A DNA stretch of 63,832 nt, filler included, from Lama guanicoe (taxonomy: Eukaryota), in the NCBI GenBank assembly GCA_013239625.1. It is 201 parts of 201 records of this genome, joined end to end, with 100 filler letters (N's around TTAATTAATTAA, not from the genome) between each part and the next. Parts side by side here need not be neighbours in the genome. Positions count along the whole stretch, not along the records: positions 11,131 to 11,348 come from PNXV01039522.1; positions 11,449 to 11,666 come from PNXV01039523.1; positions 11,767 to 11,984 come from PNXV01039524.1; positions 12,085 to 12,302 come from PNXV01039525.1; positions 12,403 to 12,620 come from PNXV01039526.1; positions 12,721 to 12,938 come from PNXV01039527.1; positions 13,039 to 13,256 come from PNXV01039528.1; positions 13,357 to 13,574 come from PNXV01039529.1; 193 more parts are not named here. The stretch is one strand, 5' to 3'. Positions 11,031-25,161 of the stretch are shown here, one piece after another. Every line of letters starts with the position of its first letter. Position 1 is the stretch's first letter. The notes beneath the pieces were generated by a model that had not been told where the DNA came from, ran no database searches, and saw only the letters and a list, made by a program, of their open reading frames with translations. A program made the translations under genes and the position numbers.

Positions 11031-14000
11031 NNNNNNNNNNNNNNNNNNNNNNNNNNNNNNNNNNNNNNNNNNNNTTAATTAATTAANNNNNNNNNNNNNN
11101 NNNNNNNNNNNNNNNNNNNNNNNNNNNNNNGGGAGCAGGGGCAGCACAGGACAGGAGGGCGCATCTCAGAAGCACGGCAATGTTTAGCTCACCCCTGTCC
11201 CCCCTTCTCAGTCTGTGTCTGTTCCTGAGATGCTGAGCACGCTGAGGGCATCGCTGGCACTCAGGCAGGGGCGGCTCTGACGCACCCAAGCTCCTTCTGT
11301 GCCCTGGGACAAGCCCCTCTCGGATGTGCAATTTTTTTAGTCCCATCCNNNNNNNNNNNNNNNNNNNNNNNNNNNNNNNNNNNNNNNNNNNNTTAATTAA
11401 TTAANNNNNNNNNNNNNNNNNNNNNNNNNNNNNNNNNNNNNNNNNNNNCCATAGCAAAGCTTAGCAATTTCTGGATGCAAAAAGGAGGGAATTTGGAAAA
11501 GAGTGCAATGTGGTGTTTGTTGAAGAGTTATCATTCAATATTGAGTTGGATCCCAGGTAATGAAGGACGAGTGCTGCTTAGGGGAAATATGACCACTCCA
11601 TGCAGAATCCCTCCTCCCTCTCCCAGTTCCATCCCCAAGGGAAGTGGATCAGGACCAGAGGTAATANNNNNNNNNNNNNNNNNNNNNNNNNNNNNNNNNN
11701 NNNNNNNNNNTTAATTAATTAANNNNNNNNNNNNNNNNNNNNNNNNNNNNNNNNNNNNNNNNNNNNTATAGCAGCACTATACCTACCCCACTCCAGCTCA
11801 CGTCTAAGTAAAATCGCATGTGGAAGCGAGAAAACAGTGCCTTGCCCCTGGTGACCGCCGCTCTGTTACCTCCGACCGTTATTATTCCTCATTTCTTCAC
11901 ATCATATGGCAAAATGAATATAACATCTCGAGTCAGGATTACACTGCGAAAAATAAGCCATTCATTCATTTTTTTGGAAGGCTGNNNNNNNNNNNNNNNN
12001 NNNNNNNNNNNNNNNNNNNNNNNNNNNNTTAATTAATTAANNNNNNNNNNNNNNNNNNNNNNNNNNNNNNNNNNNNNNNNNNNNCCAAATGGCACTGACC
12101 ACCAAGGATGGGGCGCCTCGGGTGGGTCAGTGGAACCCAAGGCATCGGTGCTGTCCTTGTCAGCAGGGCCAGGTTGAGAGGGATGTGAACAAGAAGTGGA
12201 GGGCATGGACACACTGGCTGAGGGTTGTGCTTGGGACCCTCTCCCATGTCTCGTGGGAGCAGAGCCGGGGAATCTGCAGGGGAAGCTCCTAGAGGACTTC
12301 TCNNNNNNNNNNNNNNNNNNNNNNNNNNNNNNNNNNNNNNNNNNNNTTAATTAATTAANNNNNNNNNNNNNNNNNNNNNNNNNNNNNNNNNNNNNNNNNN
12401 NNCACATGTCAAAACTGTGTGTCATCCCTAAGGTCGCAGTCACATTCCTCCTAATCCAGACACATGTCCACACCCCCATCGCTTTACTCACTCACCTTCT
12501 TTTTCTGTCAACTCCTCCAGTTCTTTTCATCTCTACTGTGTAATTCATTATTTAATTGTATTTCCCTTGATTTTGCCTCAGTGTTTTTGTCTCCCGAACT
12601 AGAAGCCAAGCAGATTAAGANNNNNNNNNNNNNNNNNNNNNNNNNNNNNNNNNNNNNNNNNNNNTTAATTAATTAANNNNNNNNNNNNNNNNNNNNNNNN
12701 NNNNNNNNNNNNNNNNNNNNCTCATGTGTTTGCCACAGTCCCCACACAGCCAGTTCAGTCGTGTGTACACTGCCCAGCCTTTGTGGGTATTTGAGTTTGC
12801 AGTCTCCACTTTATGCTCAAAGTATTGTGTCCAGATACCAATTCAGACTCTCTGTGGCTGCTGGCCTCCTGTAATAGCGCACTCCTTCCACCAACCTGTA
12901 ATTTTGGAAAGAAGGTAATGCCCCTATGTATCTTCCCTNNNNNNNNNNNNNNNNNNNNNNNNNNNNNNNNNNNNNNNNNNNNTTAATTAATTAANNNNNN
13001 NNNNNNNNNNNNNNNNNNNNNNNNNNNNNNNNNNNNNNGGGGGAAGGCGGTTGTGAGTAACGGGGGTGGGGGAAGGGGGACATTTGCTGTGTGTCCCTGG
13101 GTGTCCTTGTGCAAAGGACTTCACCACACTCAGTCACAGCTTTCTCCCTCGTAAAATGGCCCCAGAAACTCTGGACCCTGTGTGTCACGGTGAATTTTGG
13201 ATGGGATGATGTTGGGAGTTTTGTGGGGCTGACCTGGGCCCAGGGGGCTCCAGCCANNNNNNNNNNNNNNNNNNNNNNNNNNNNNNNNNNNNNNNNNNNN
13301 TTAATTAATTAANNNNNNNNNNNNNNNNNNNNNNNNNNNNNNNNNNNNNNNNNNNNAGATGCATGTAAATTTTTGGATAAGTAATAGTGAATAATAATAA
13401 ACTCATACAAGAACCAAACTAGGAGAGCCCACTCTCATTGTTTGGACTGACAATGATTCTCATATTGCTTACCTCAACTGATTAGTCTTTAATTTGTTTC
13501 TTTTTTTCTTTTCCATTTCTCCACACCCTCTACATACAATTCATTTTTTTCTTATCTCATCCTGCCACCACCACNNNNNNNNNNNNNNNNNNNNNNNNNN
13601 NNNNNNNNNNNNNNNNNNTTAATTAATTAANNNNNNNNNNNNNNNNNNNNNNNNNNNNNNNNNNNNNNNNNNNNAGGGAGCACAGATTCAGGTAGCAACC
13701 TAAACTTTGTCCCACTGAGGGGTAAAAGTCAGAGATTTTCATTATCAGGAAGAGGGAAGTTTAGAACCATCACCTCAGTTTTTTGTCTAAAATTATGGTT
13801 GGAAGATACAGTCACAGTTTACATTTCATTGGGGTTCTGAGCACTTTGCATAGGTTACCAGGAAATCTATTGTTAGGGTGTCCCGATTTTATNNNNNNNN
13901 NNNNNNNNNNNNNNNNNNNNNNNNNNNNNNNNNNNNTTAATTAATTAANNNNNNNNNNNNNNNNNNNNNNNNNNNNNNNNNNNNNNNNNNNNCATTTCTT

Positions 14001-14629
14001 TTCATCCCTCACTTGCTCAAAAGCCCAATACAGCTCCTCGCCTCTTCCACATCAAGCCTTCACTCCGCTGCATGAATTTCAAGCTGAAATACAGTTAATG
14101 TCCAACTTGTTTGTTCCTTCCCCCCAAATGGATTTCTTTCCTGTCATGCTTATTTCTATTTGGCAACTTTCCTCACATTTCCCCTTGTCCAGCCTCCAGA
14201 ATTTTCTTTTNNNNNNNNNNNNNNNNNNNNNNNNNNNNNNNNNNNNNNNNNNNNTTAATTAATTAANNNNNNNNNNNNNNNNNNNNNNNNNNNNNNNNNN
14301 NNNNNNNNNNGCTCTGTCCTCGGCCTAAATATGGATTTACCTGGTGAAGGTGGCATGGGAAGTAATTTTTAGTTCAGGAATGTCCCCGAGTAGCCTCAGG
14401 GCTATAAGTGGCTTGGATGTCAACTCCCCCCAAGGTCTCCCTTGGCCACCACACTTAACACGCTTCTCATAGCAACTATAACTGCATCCCAATGCTTTCT
14501 TTAGTAGTGTATCTCACAAGATGTAATTNNNNNNNNNNNNNNNNNNNNNNNNNNNNNNNNNNNNNNNNNNNNTTAATTAATTAANNNNNNNNNNNNNNNN
14601 NNNNNNNNNNNNNNNNNNNNNNNNNNNNC

Positions 14630-14719
<90 letters not shown>

Positions 14720-14771
14720 TAGGTAACCTATGTGGACCCCCTCATCCATTTACCCAGCACTTAAAATTGTA

Positions 14772-14846
14772 GCTGCGTGAGTACTTCCCTATGAAATAAT
14801 GCTAGGGCTGCCTGAGTACTTCCCTATGACGCAATGCTAGGGCTGC
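14772..14846 (+). repeat. 35-bp intronic tandem repeat, at least 2 copies, running off the contig end
   Basis: gctgc starts at 14772, 14807 and 14842; unit gctgc(g/c)tgagtacttccctatga...aatgctagg. Confidence 0.85.
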
Positions 14847-14946
14847 NNNNNNNNNNNNNNNNNNNNNNNNNNNNNNNNNNNNNNNNNNNNTTAATTAATT
14901 AANNNNNNNNNNNNNNNNNNNNNNNNNNNNNNNNNNNNNNNNNNNN

Positions 14947-15164
14947 TCTACGTGGTGTCTAAATATCTTCCCACAAGACACTTATTAATTACAAAGGGGG
15001 CAAGTATTTCTGGTGGAGGAACTTAGCGGACACCACCTTAACGTCACCAACATTGGGGCAGAGGATTATCGAGTGTCTCCGGACAAGATGCACAGAGGAT
15101 ACACTCCTTCTGCGGTATTCTCACCTGAAATGCAGCCTAGACCTAGTTGCGAAGAAACATCAGA
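14947..15164 (+). mobile_element. Old L1 (L1MC-type) 3' region
   Basis: ttattaattacaaaggg...ggtggaggaacttagcggacaccaccttaac pattern. Confidence 0.65.
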
Positions 15165-15589
15165 NNNNNNNNNNNNNNNNNNNNNNNNNNNNNNNNNNNN
15201 NNNNNNNNTTAATTAATTAANNNNNNNNNNNNNNNNNNNNNNNNNNNNNNNNNNNNNNNNNNNNGCGCAAAAGATCAGACCTGAAGCTACAATATTTTAA
15301 GACTCTATAGAACCCTGTCAACATATGGATGAGAAAACACCAGCCTAAAAGCTCGAGTTCCTGTAACTAACCGATAGCAGAGATAGTTCCAGAATAAATA
15401 CTCAGTAACTGCAGCTTCAGTGAGTTCACCAGTTGGACGCACACCTGGTGAAGGGATGCAGGAGAGTGGAAATGAGGCAAGCNNNNNNNNNNNNNNNNNN
15501 NNNNNNNNNNNNNNNNNNNNNNNNNNTTAATTAATTAANNNNNNNNNNNNNNNNNNNNNNNNNNNNNNNNNNNNNNNNNNNNGAAACCA

Positions 15590-15710
15590 CTATATTACTC
15601 CTCATTCTACAGAAGAAACAAACTTTGAGAAATTAAGCCATTTACCTAAGTTTGCACAATAAGTGGAAAATCCAGGGCTCAAATCCAGAACAGTCTGACT
15701 ACAGAGCCGA
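15590..15710 (-). mobile_element. MIR SINE core
   Basis: ctcattctacagaagaaac...agaaattaagccatttacctaag...ctcaaatccag...gtctgactacagagcc. Confidence 0.75.
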
Positions 15711-16019
15711 CTTCAACTACTAAATTCCAATAATTTGTTTATATGTCTTATGTAAGTCAGTGTCAATCAGTAAGATATTTAGAATACAGAGAGAAAAAAA
15801 NNNNNNNNNNNNNNNNNNNNNNNNNNNNNNNNNNNNNNNNNNNNTTAATTAATTAANNNNNNNNNNNNNNNNNNNNNNNNNNNNNNNNNNNNNNNNNNNN
15901 TTATTTTAAATCAAAGTTTGACTTGAAAACAAATTTTATTAGTAAGAAAGTATGTAAATGTTATCAGAAATTAATTTTTCATCACAAAATGAGATTTGAG
16001 AATAATATTAAAGAAGCTA

Positions 16020-16110
16020 GATTAGAAAACAAGATTCAACTATATACTGTCTATAAGATTCCTTAAGGACACACATAGGCTAAATCTGAAGAAATGGAAA
16101 AGTATTACAA
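16020..16110 (+). mobile_element. L1 ORF2 endonuclease-region fragment
   Basis: aaacaagattcaactatatactgtctataaga...ggacacacataggctaaa...aaatggaaaa. Confidence 0.7.
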
Positions 16111-19100
16111 AGATTTTTNNNNNNNNNNNNNNNNNNNNNNNNNNNNNNNNNNNNNNNNNNNNTTAATTAATTAANNNNNNNNNNNNNNNNNNNNNNNNNN
16201 NNNNNNNNNNNNNNNNNNGTCCACTGGGCTGTGCGTGGCTGGATGCAACCATCCACTTTGCACATCCCCAGAGCCTAGCACCGTGCCCAGGACACACAGT
16301 GCTCCTGAGTCATGGCTTAGGGGACCTTACATCTGTTCTGGAACAAGACAGATTTAGAATTCCGATGAGGTTTGAATGCACAGTTGTCTCAAAGGCTGAA
16401 ACCCTCACCCTTGTTTTGCATTCATGGCTTCAGTCCNNNNNNNNNNNNNNNNNNNNNNNNNNNNNNNNNNNNNNNNNNNNTTAATTAATTAANNNNNNNN
16501 NNNNNNNNNNNNNNNNNNNNNNNNNNNNNNNNNNNNCAAGGTACATAGGAGAAAATTTTGTTGAGAACTTGCATGTCTGAAAATGGCATTATTTTACCTT
16601 CCCACTTAGAAGTTTGGCTAAGTGTAGTCTTCTAGGCTGAAAATCATATTCCCTCATGATTATAAGGGTATCCCTCCCTCCTTTGTCTTTTAACATTGAG
16701 TATTACTACTAAAAATTCCAATGCTATCTCAATTGTAAGTATTTTGTGTATAATNNNNNNNNNNNNNNNNNNNNNNNNNNNNNNNNNNNNNNNNNNNNTT
16801 AATTAATTAANNNNNNNNNNNNNNNNNNNNNNNNNNNNNNNNNNNNNNNNNNNNCCTTTATCTAAATTACTACGAGGATATATCCGAGGCAGTTGATACT
16901 GCATGTATCAAGGAAATACTTAATGAATACATAATAATCAAGTGATGGTTTTTCTGCTATTACTCAAACCATAGTGTGTGTTTCTTTGTTTAAGCTGTGC
17001 TAGTTTCACAGCGTACACTATTACCCAGGCGTTCCAGAATGTTTGACTTATTTTCCATGCCATGTCCTTTATNNNNNNNNNNNNNNNNNNNNNNNNNNNN
17101 NNNNNNNNNNNNNNNNTTAATTAATTAANNNNNNNNNNNNNNNNNNNNNNNNNNNNNNNNNNNNNNNNNNNNAAACAAACAAACAAAAGCCCCTCAAAAT
17201 CCCCAAACAACAAAAAACACCCAAAGCAAAAACACCAACTCAAGTTCCAACCTATTGGATACACTGCAACATAAATAAATAGGCTTTCTAGTTCAAGATA
17301 AGAGTTGCAAATATTTCTTGAGTGACTTCCACAAGCTTATTGCTATATATAAATTACATCATTCTTTCCTCACTATATCACTATGAAGGCNNNNNNNNNN
17401 NNNNNNNNNNNNNNNNNNNNNNNNNNNNNNNNNNTTAATTAATTAANNNNNNNNNNNNNNNNNNNNNNNNNNNNNNNNNNNNNNNNNNNNGGGAGCTGCT
17501 GTGAGCCACAGGGGTCCCAGGCGAGGCTGGAGTCTACGCGGTGGGGCCTGGTGTGCATGGGGAGTTCAGTGTGGCCAGCCCGGGACACGTGGCTGTGTCA
17601 GCAACGGAGATCAGTGGAGCTCATTATGGGCCCGACACTGCTCTGGGCACATGGGCTATGTTAAGTGAATAAAATAAGCAAGGACCCTTACTCTAGTGGA
17701 ACCTGGCTNNNNNNNNNNNNNNNNNNNNNNNNNNNNNNNNNNNNNNNNNNNNTTAATTAATTAANNNNNNNNNNNNNNNNNNNNNNNNNNNNNNNNNNNN
17801 NNNNNNNNTTGTTATTCAATGCTCATTTTCCTTTGATTTATCCTGTCCTTGCTATTTGTGCAAAAAAATTTCCTTTTTGTCAAATATATACTAATAATAT
17901 TAATATGTAAATTTTTTCTATTTTTAAAGTTTCTGATCTGAAAGTTTTGTCCAAGATAGTTTCAGTCATTTCATTTAGAAGCCCTTTTACTGCCATTTAA
18001 TACTTCCTTTCTTGTCTTTTCATCCANNNNNNNNNNNNNNNNNNNNNNNNNNNNNNNNNNNNNNNNNNNNTTAATTAATTAANNNNNNNNNNNNNNNNNN
18101 NNNNNNNNNNNNNNNNNNNNNNNNNNTCTCGAAAGAGCCTTGAATGCCCTTAGGCAGCACAGAAGAGCCCCGGCAGCCAAGAATAACCACAGCGAGCCCA
18201 CCGGGGCAACCCCATCCCCCTCTGTGGCAAATAGTTACAAGGCTGGTGAGACCCACTGTGGCCAACAAGCTATGGAGGGAGGCCTGCAGGAGGTGCTAAT
18301 GGGAAATATGCTTTTCCCTGAGGAGAGGCTGCCACAGTCGGCCCNNNNNNNNNNNNNNNNNNNNNNNNNNNNNNNNNNNNNNNNNNNNTTAATTAATTAA
18401 NNNNNNNNNNNNNNNNNNNNNNNNNNNNNNNNNNNNNNNNNNNNGGGGAAGATTTCTCCTTGAGTAGTAATGTTATGGTCAAAATGTAAAATATAAACCA
18501 TTACTTTCCTAGGCATGAATCATATTAAAATAATCATATAAATGCTTAAAAAATACCCCAAGTAAAACCTATCTTTTTAATTATTTAGCTCTCTGCATTA
18601 TTGACTGAAATATTATTAAAGGTTTGTTCAATTAATTTGGTCAGTTCAACATAATAATGCTTNNNNNNNNNNNNNNNNNNNNNNNNNNNNNNNNNNNNNN
18701 NNNNNNTTAATTAATTAANNNNNNNNNNNNNNNNNNNNNNNNNNNNNNNNNNNNNNNNNNNNTTGCCCCAGGAGGTTGTGCTCCATTCACTGGGTGAGGT
18801 CCGGAGAGGCTTCCCTGTGTACCTACTTGCTGTGTCCTGGAGCAGGCTAAAACTCAACTTTGCCAGCATCTGAGCAAAGAAGAGAAATATTAGGCTGAGA
18901 ATCACACGTTAAACAGAAAAATAAGTAGTGTTCTTTACAGCAGGTGTAATGACACTGAGCAGAGGCTAGTAAGACACACGNNNNNNNNNNNNNNNNNNNN
19001 NNNNNNNNNNNNNNNNNNNNNNNNTTAATTAATTAANNNNNNNNNNNNNNNNNNNNNNNNNNNNNNNNNNNNNNNNNNNNAATGAGTGCATTTCCAAAGT

Positions 19101-20352
19101 TAGTGTGCTTAAACAAACCAACAAGCAGACCCCCCCTTTGAATGCAGTTGAATTTCACCATGTTCCTCTGAGAGCATCAGGGCTCCTGGGAACATCCTAA
19201 GATCATTCCCTTAGGGTTTTCCTCCTTGAAGCCACAGAGGAAGAAGATACTGGTCCTTTAGCTGAGCTGCAGGGATCACTTGCCCACAGGTGGACCACNN
19301 NNNNNNNNNNNNNNNNNNNNNNNNNNNNNNNNNNNNNNNNNNTTAATTAATTAANNNNNNNNNNNNNNNNNNNNNNNNNNNNNNNNNNNNNNNNNNNNCC
19401 TGTGTTACTCAGGAGCTTTCAATGGGAAGACATAGGGTGCTAGAGAAGGAAATCTTCAGGTACTCCAGAGGCATTGAACAAATATGCAAAAGTGGCAGAG
19501 GTAAGAGTACAGGAACGTTTTTAAGACGAGTCTATTTCTTAACACCAAAATTATAAGACAGTCTTGACAGCTGGAAATATAGGCAGCTCTAGCAGATTAA
19601 AAGAAAAATCTCCATTNNNNNNNNNNNNNNNNNNNNNNNNNNNNNNNNNNNNNNNNNNNNTTAATTAATTAANNNNNNNNNNNNNNNNNNNNNNNNNNNN
19701 NNNNNNNNNNNNNNNNGAATCAGCAGAATGCAGTAATCCAGTCATAAAGGACAGTCAGATGTGCTTACCTAACTGGATCTCATACTTGGGCAGATCAGGA
19801 AGCAAAGGATCTTTTTAAAGGGATCTTTTAACTGGCTGCTGCTGCTTCTTTTTTTTTTTTTTTAAGCACCTTTAATGTGGTCTGGTTCCTGTACAGTAAA
19901 CCACACACATTTCAGATGTACAATTTGATGAATTNNNNNNNNNNNNNNNNNNNNNNNNNNNNNNNNNNNNNNNNNNNNTTAATTAATTAANNNNNNNNNN
20001 NNNNNNNNNNNNNNNNNNNNNNNNNNNNNNNNNNGAAAGGTGTTAATGTATTATGAGAAACATGACTTATTAAAGCAATCATTTTTACAAAACAGAAGTA
20101 CAACAAAGATAAACAAGAGTTTAAGAAATATATAGGAAGCCTATAGAAAGAAAGATGAGTTGGCAAATTATAGAAAATAAACAGAAAATTAAAAGTAATC
20201 AGAGCAAAAAAGGTGAAATGGAAGCAGCACAAACACACAAAGGCTAGACAGCNNNNNNNNNNNNNNNNNNNNNNNNNNNNNNNNNNNNNNNNNNNNTTAA
20301 TTAATTAANNNNNNNNNNNNNNNNNNNNNNNNNNNNNNNNNNNNNNNNNNNN

Positions 20353-20570
20353 CTGTGACTGGAACACAAAAAGCAGGTTCCACCTTCAGGGTCTTCCCCA
20401 TTCAAAGTTCTTCCCAAACATCCACATGGACCACCCTTCCACCTCCTCCAGTATTTGCTCAAATGTTACCTTCTCAGCAAACTCTATCCTGATTATCAAA
20501 AGTTAAATTGGGACACTGCTCCCCTTTCAGACCTACCAATCCTTTATTTCGCACTACTATTTTCTACAGA
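20353..20570 (+). mobile_element. L2 LINE 3' fragment
   Basis: ccaccttcagggtctt...catccacatgg...tttgctcaaatgttaccttctcag. Confidence 0.7.
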
Positions 20571-20699
20571 NNNNNNNNNNNNNNNNNNNNNNNNNNNNNN
20601 NNNNNNNNNNNNNNTTAATTAATTAANNNNNNNNNNNNNNNNNNNNNNNNNNNNNNNNNNNNNNNNNNNNCACCATTTACTCTTGCCAGGACCCCAGGG

Positions 20700-20857
20700 A
20701 TGGGATGGAGCCCACCCACATGGAGGGGCCATGTGCTTCTCTGAGCCCCAGGGTCCAAAGGCTAATGCTCTCCTAAAACAGCCCCAATACCCCCTGAAAT
20801 GAGTAACCAGTGGGACCTGCTTGCCCAGCCAAGTGGACGCATGAATTCAACCATCAC
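20700..20857 (-). mobile_element. MLT2 (ERVL) LTR fragment
   Basis: gatggagcccacccacatggagggg...gcccagccaagtggacgcatgaattcaaccatcac, the antisense MLT2 terminus. Confidence 0.7.
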
Positions 20858-21942
20858 GGTGGTTAGTGACACATTGCATGGATGGGTANNNNNNNNNNNN
20901 NNNNNNNNNNNNNNNNNNNNNNNNNNNNNNNNTTAATTAATTAANNNNNNNNNNNNNNNNNNNNNNNNNNNNNNNNNNNNNNNNNNNNATCAACCATCAC
21001 CACCTTAGGTTTTCATTTTGGGCTTATGATTTGACAACAGAGGCCTCATAGTACAGACAGCCTGTCTTCCCCTACCCATTTTTAACTTTTCTAGACTTCA
21101 TTTTATGATTTATTGCTGCTCTGGGGGCTTAACAGCGAATCCTTTTACAGTTTCATCTTTCCTTTCCTTATGTTTGTTGCAAATAACAATGAAATGTTTA
21201 GCTACCNNNNNNNNNNNNNNNNNNNNNNNNNNNNNNNNNNNNNNNNNNNNTTAATTAATTAANNNNNNNNNNNNNNNNNNNNNNNNNNNNNNNNNNNNNN
21301 NNNNNNTTTTATATCCTTCCTTAACCTGGGTATTGGGCTAAAGTGTGAAGAGTAAAACAGAAAGCCTGATTCTGACAATAGGAGATGCCAAAAGAATCTC
21401 AGAATTTATTAGCACATTATTAGCACTAGCACATTAAAGATTTTCACCAGTTATGCCCAGAAGTTATTCCTTTAACCCAAAAGTGATCCATTCCTGCATC
21501 TTCAGTGACAGAAAGAAAGAAAGANNNNNNNNNNNNNNNNNNNNNNNNNNNNNNNNNNNNNNNNNNNNTTAATTAATTAANNNNNNNNNNNNNNNNNNNN
21601 NNNNNNNNNNNNNNNNNNNNNNNNCTCGTGTGTATTGCTAATGACATCACAAAAGATGTGTTTCAAGCATCCTCATTTACAATTACCAAAGCAGTAGGTA
21701 ATCTGCTTTTATTAAGTTTTCCTGCAAGTGGTTTTGCTTTAAAAGCTCCTTCAAATTTAAAATATGTGTTAATGACAGTATTAATCCTTGTTCACCACTG
21801 TAGCCTCAGCTCTGATTTGTGGCTGTCTTTTCAATTTTTACANNNNNNNNNNNNNNNNNNNNNNNNNNNNNNNNNNNNNNNNNNNNTTAATTAATTAANN
21901 NNNNNNNNNNNNNNNNNNNNNNNNNNNNNNNNNNNNNNNNNN

Positions 21943-22160
21943 ACATATATATGGGGAGGAACAAGCTCCAACTCAGTTTTACAGTGAAAACAACAGGCAC
22001 TTCAGACCGGCACAAGGAAACAGGCTGAAAAACCAGATTCAGTGTTTCCCAGCATCCCGTTCCCTTTGTGCGGCATGAACCAACGTCTCTCCACATGCTC
22101 GTTTCTGAGAAATATGTGTGTGTGAAAGTCGTCCTTCACCTATCTTGAAGGCAACACAAA
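21943..22160 (+). repeat. Putative tandem satellite monomer fragment (~247-bp unit)
   Basis: Circularly permuted homology to 52788-53004. Confidence 0.75.
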
Positions 22161-25123
22161 NNNNNNNNNNNNNNNNNNNNNNNNNNNNNNNNNNNNNNNN
22201 NNNNTTAATTAATTAANNNNNNNNNNNNNNNNNNNNNNNNNNNNNNNNNNNNNNNNNNNNACACTTTGATTCCTCTCTTTCTCTCCCTCACTCCCTCTGG
22301 GAGCTAACCGCCCTGACCTGAGGCCAGCCCGGCTACCTCTCCAGAGCCCTACGGAAAGGTCCACATGGGAGCAACTGAGATGTCCAGTCAAAAGCCGTTA
22401 TTTCTCAAAGTGTGGTGTGAGGCCCATGAACTGACTTCAGGGACCACATAAAACAGATGCCAATTTTTTAATTTAATTNNNNNNNNNNNNNNNNNNNNNN
22501 NNNNNNNNNNNNNNNNNNNNNNTTAATTAATTAANNNNNNNNNNNNNNNNNNNNNNNNNNNNNNNNNNNNNNNNNNNNGATAAAACAAGCAAACAGAAAC
22601 CCCTGACACTCGATGAAACTGCAAAGACGTGAGATTCTGACACAAAGAAAGTCAAAAAGTTGTACAAGAGGGAGATACATCCCTTAAGTAAAATACACCA
22701 CGCACATCAACTGACCTTAAGGTATAGATGTCTAAGGTTCTAAAACAAATTTTAGGAAAAAATATGCTAATAATCAAAAGGAAAAAAAGACAAACANNNN
22801 NNNNNNNNNNNNNNNNNNNNNNNNNNNNNNNNNNNNNNNNTTAATTAATTAANNNNNNNNNNNNNNNNNNNNNNNNNNNNNNNNNNNNNNNNNNNNCCAA
22901 AGTGCTCTGCACATGTGAAGCTTTGTTTTGTCCTTTCCAAAACAGTGGTTCAAGTTTCTTAAGTGGGCTTTGCAGTATTAACTTACTTCGATGGATTTAG
23001 CCATTTCAAAACCACTCGTGGACCTTCTCTTCATATTTTCCTTCAGCTTTTCAAAACAGTCGCTCTTTTATTTACTGAAAGGCCATATAACTCCAGGTGA
23101 ATAAAAAAAAAAGANNNNNNNNNNNNNNNNNNNNNNNNNNNNNNNNNNNNNNNNNNNNTTAATTAATTAANNNNNNNNNNNNNNNNNNNNNNNNNNNNNN
23201 NNNNNNNNNNNNNNAATCACCCACAGTAGAGCTTGGTAAATGATACAATGGAAGTATGCACAGTGTACTCAGAGTTCCCAGAACACAAACATGTAAAGCA
23301 TCCGGTCACGTCTTCCCACCTCTATCATGACTGTTGCCATATGGGTCCAAGATCCTATTATCTCTCATCTGGATTTTTTTAAGTTGCCTCCTAACTAGGT
23401 TGTCTGATTATGTCCTTGCCTTTCCTTTAAAANNNNNNNNNNNNNNNNNNNNNNNNNNNNNNNNNNNNNNNNNNNNTTAATTAATTAANNNNNNNNNNNN
23501 NNNNNNNNNNNNNNNNNNNNNNNNNNNNNNNNAGGAGTAGGCAGCCCTGGTGAATATGTATTAAATATATTTATTATTTGTTAATCTACTTATGATACTT
23601 TATTTAGTTAAATGCTAAAATTTTAAGTGCCCTCATTTTCAAAGTGAAAAAAAATAAATTATGCATCTTACAGAGGTTATATTTTATACTTTCCCATATT
23701 ATGAGGATACAGATCATTTCCTGCTACAGTAAGTACAATCTTTTTTGGTANNNNNNNNNNNNNNNNNNNNNNNNNNNNNNNNNNNNNNNNNNNNTTAATT
23801 AATTAANNNNNNNNNNNNNNNNNNNNNNNNNNNNNNNNNNNNNNNNNNNNGTTTGCATTAAAGTTCACTCTCGGTGTGGACGGTCTATGATTTTGAGAAA
23901 AGTGTAACCACATGTATCTATCAATATAATATCATACAAGACTTTATGGTGTCCTAAGTTTCCCAAAATGCAAATCTAACTGCCAACTGGGAGGAATTCT
24001 CTGGCTGGTAGGTTATTGCCAAAACTAAATTCCAAATTTTTCCCTTATGTCTAATCCTCTGTGTGTTTNNNNNNNNNNNNNNNNNNNNNNNNNNNNNNNN
24101 NNNNNNNNNNNNTTAATTAATTAANNNNNNNNNNNNNNNNNNNNNNNNNNNNNNNNNNNNNNNNNNNNCTGGACCGAGTGGCGAGAAGCCTGAGGCACCT
24201 CGTGGGAGGAGAGGTCCAGGGTCCTAGGGAGCCCGCCTGGGGAGTTGGGGCAGCGCCGGGAAGGCGCCTGCGGAGCGGATGCTGAGACCCGGAGGCTGGA
24301 AGAGGAAGGATGTTCCTGGGAGTGGGAACATCCGATTCCCATTCTTCTGGCTGCTCAGGCCAAAAGCACTGGAGTGCCTCTGGATGNNNNNNNNNNNNNN
24401 NNNNNNNNNNNNNNNNNNNNNNNNNNNNNNTTAATTAATTAANNNNNNNNNNNNNNNNNNNNNNNNNNNNNNNNNNNNNNNNNNNNCCCCTTGGAAGGCA
24501 AACAGTTGCTACAAGGCTTCTTCTCCCCTGGCTGGTGCGGCTGAGCCTTGATCAGAGCCGGGATGGATCACAGCTCCTACTCACCTCTGCAGCAAGGACA
24601 GCCCTGACTTGGGCCTTTAAAGATTTACTTTTGGTGAATGATGATCATCTGGGGTTGGGCTAAGGGACACTTGTGGCTACCTGAGGTCTAGGCTCCAGAG
24701 AATTNNNNNNNNNNNNNNNNNNNNNNNNNNNNNNNNNNNNNNNNNNNNTTAATTAATTAANNNNNNNNNNNNNNNNNNNNNNNNNNNNNNNNNNNNNNNN
24801 NNNNTCCATGTCCTTGTTCACAGAGAAGGGAGAGAAACACAGTGGGGAACTGGGCGCTCCGCTGGGCCCCAAGCCACAGGGGATGAAAATGGGTGAGAGG
24901 CCTGATCCACACCGAAGCGGGGTGCTGTCCTTTCAAGGAACACCCCTACCGTTTCTGAGGTGCGCCCCACACAAAGACACTCTCAGGGATCAGTGTGCCT
25001 AAGGCAGAGTGGTACATTGTTCNNNNNNNNNNNNNNNNNNNNNNNNNNNNNNNNNNNNNNNNNNNNTTAATTAATTAANNNNNNNNNNNNNNNNNNNNNN
25101 NNNNNNNNNNNNNNNNNNNNNNG

Positions 25124-25161
25124 GACTGCGCCCAGAACTTCAACAATCATGGCTGCCAAGG
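25124..25161 (+). CDS. CTSH: Cathepsin H exon, 3' part
   Basis: Translates DCAQNFNNHGCQ(G), followed by donor GTACGT at 25162. Matches the cathepsin H motif LVDCAQ(N/D)FNNHGCQGG. Confidence 0.85.

Noticed and set aside
11449..11560. Open frame FLDAKRREFGKECNVVFVEELSFNIELDP ending at AG|GTAATG
   Set aside because: No convincing acceptor and no recognised protein.
18818..18869. Possible short minus-strand exon (MLAKLSFSLLQDTA) between a pyrimidine-tract acceptor and a GTAGGT donor
   Set aside because: The splice signals are plausible, but the peptide is unrecognised and too short to support a call.
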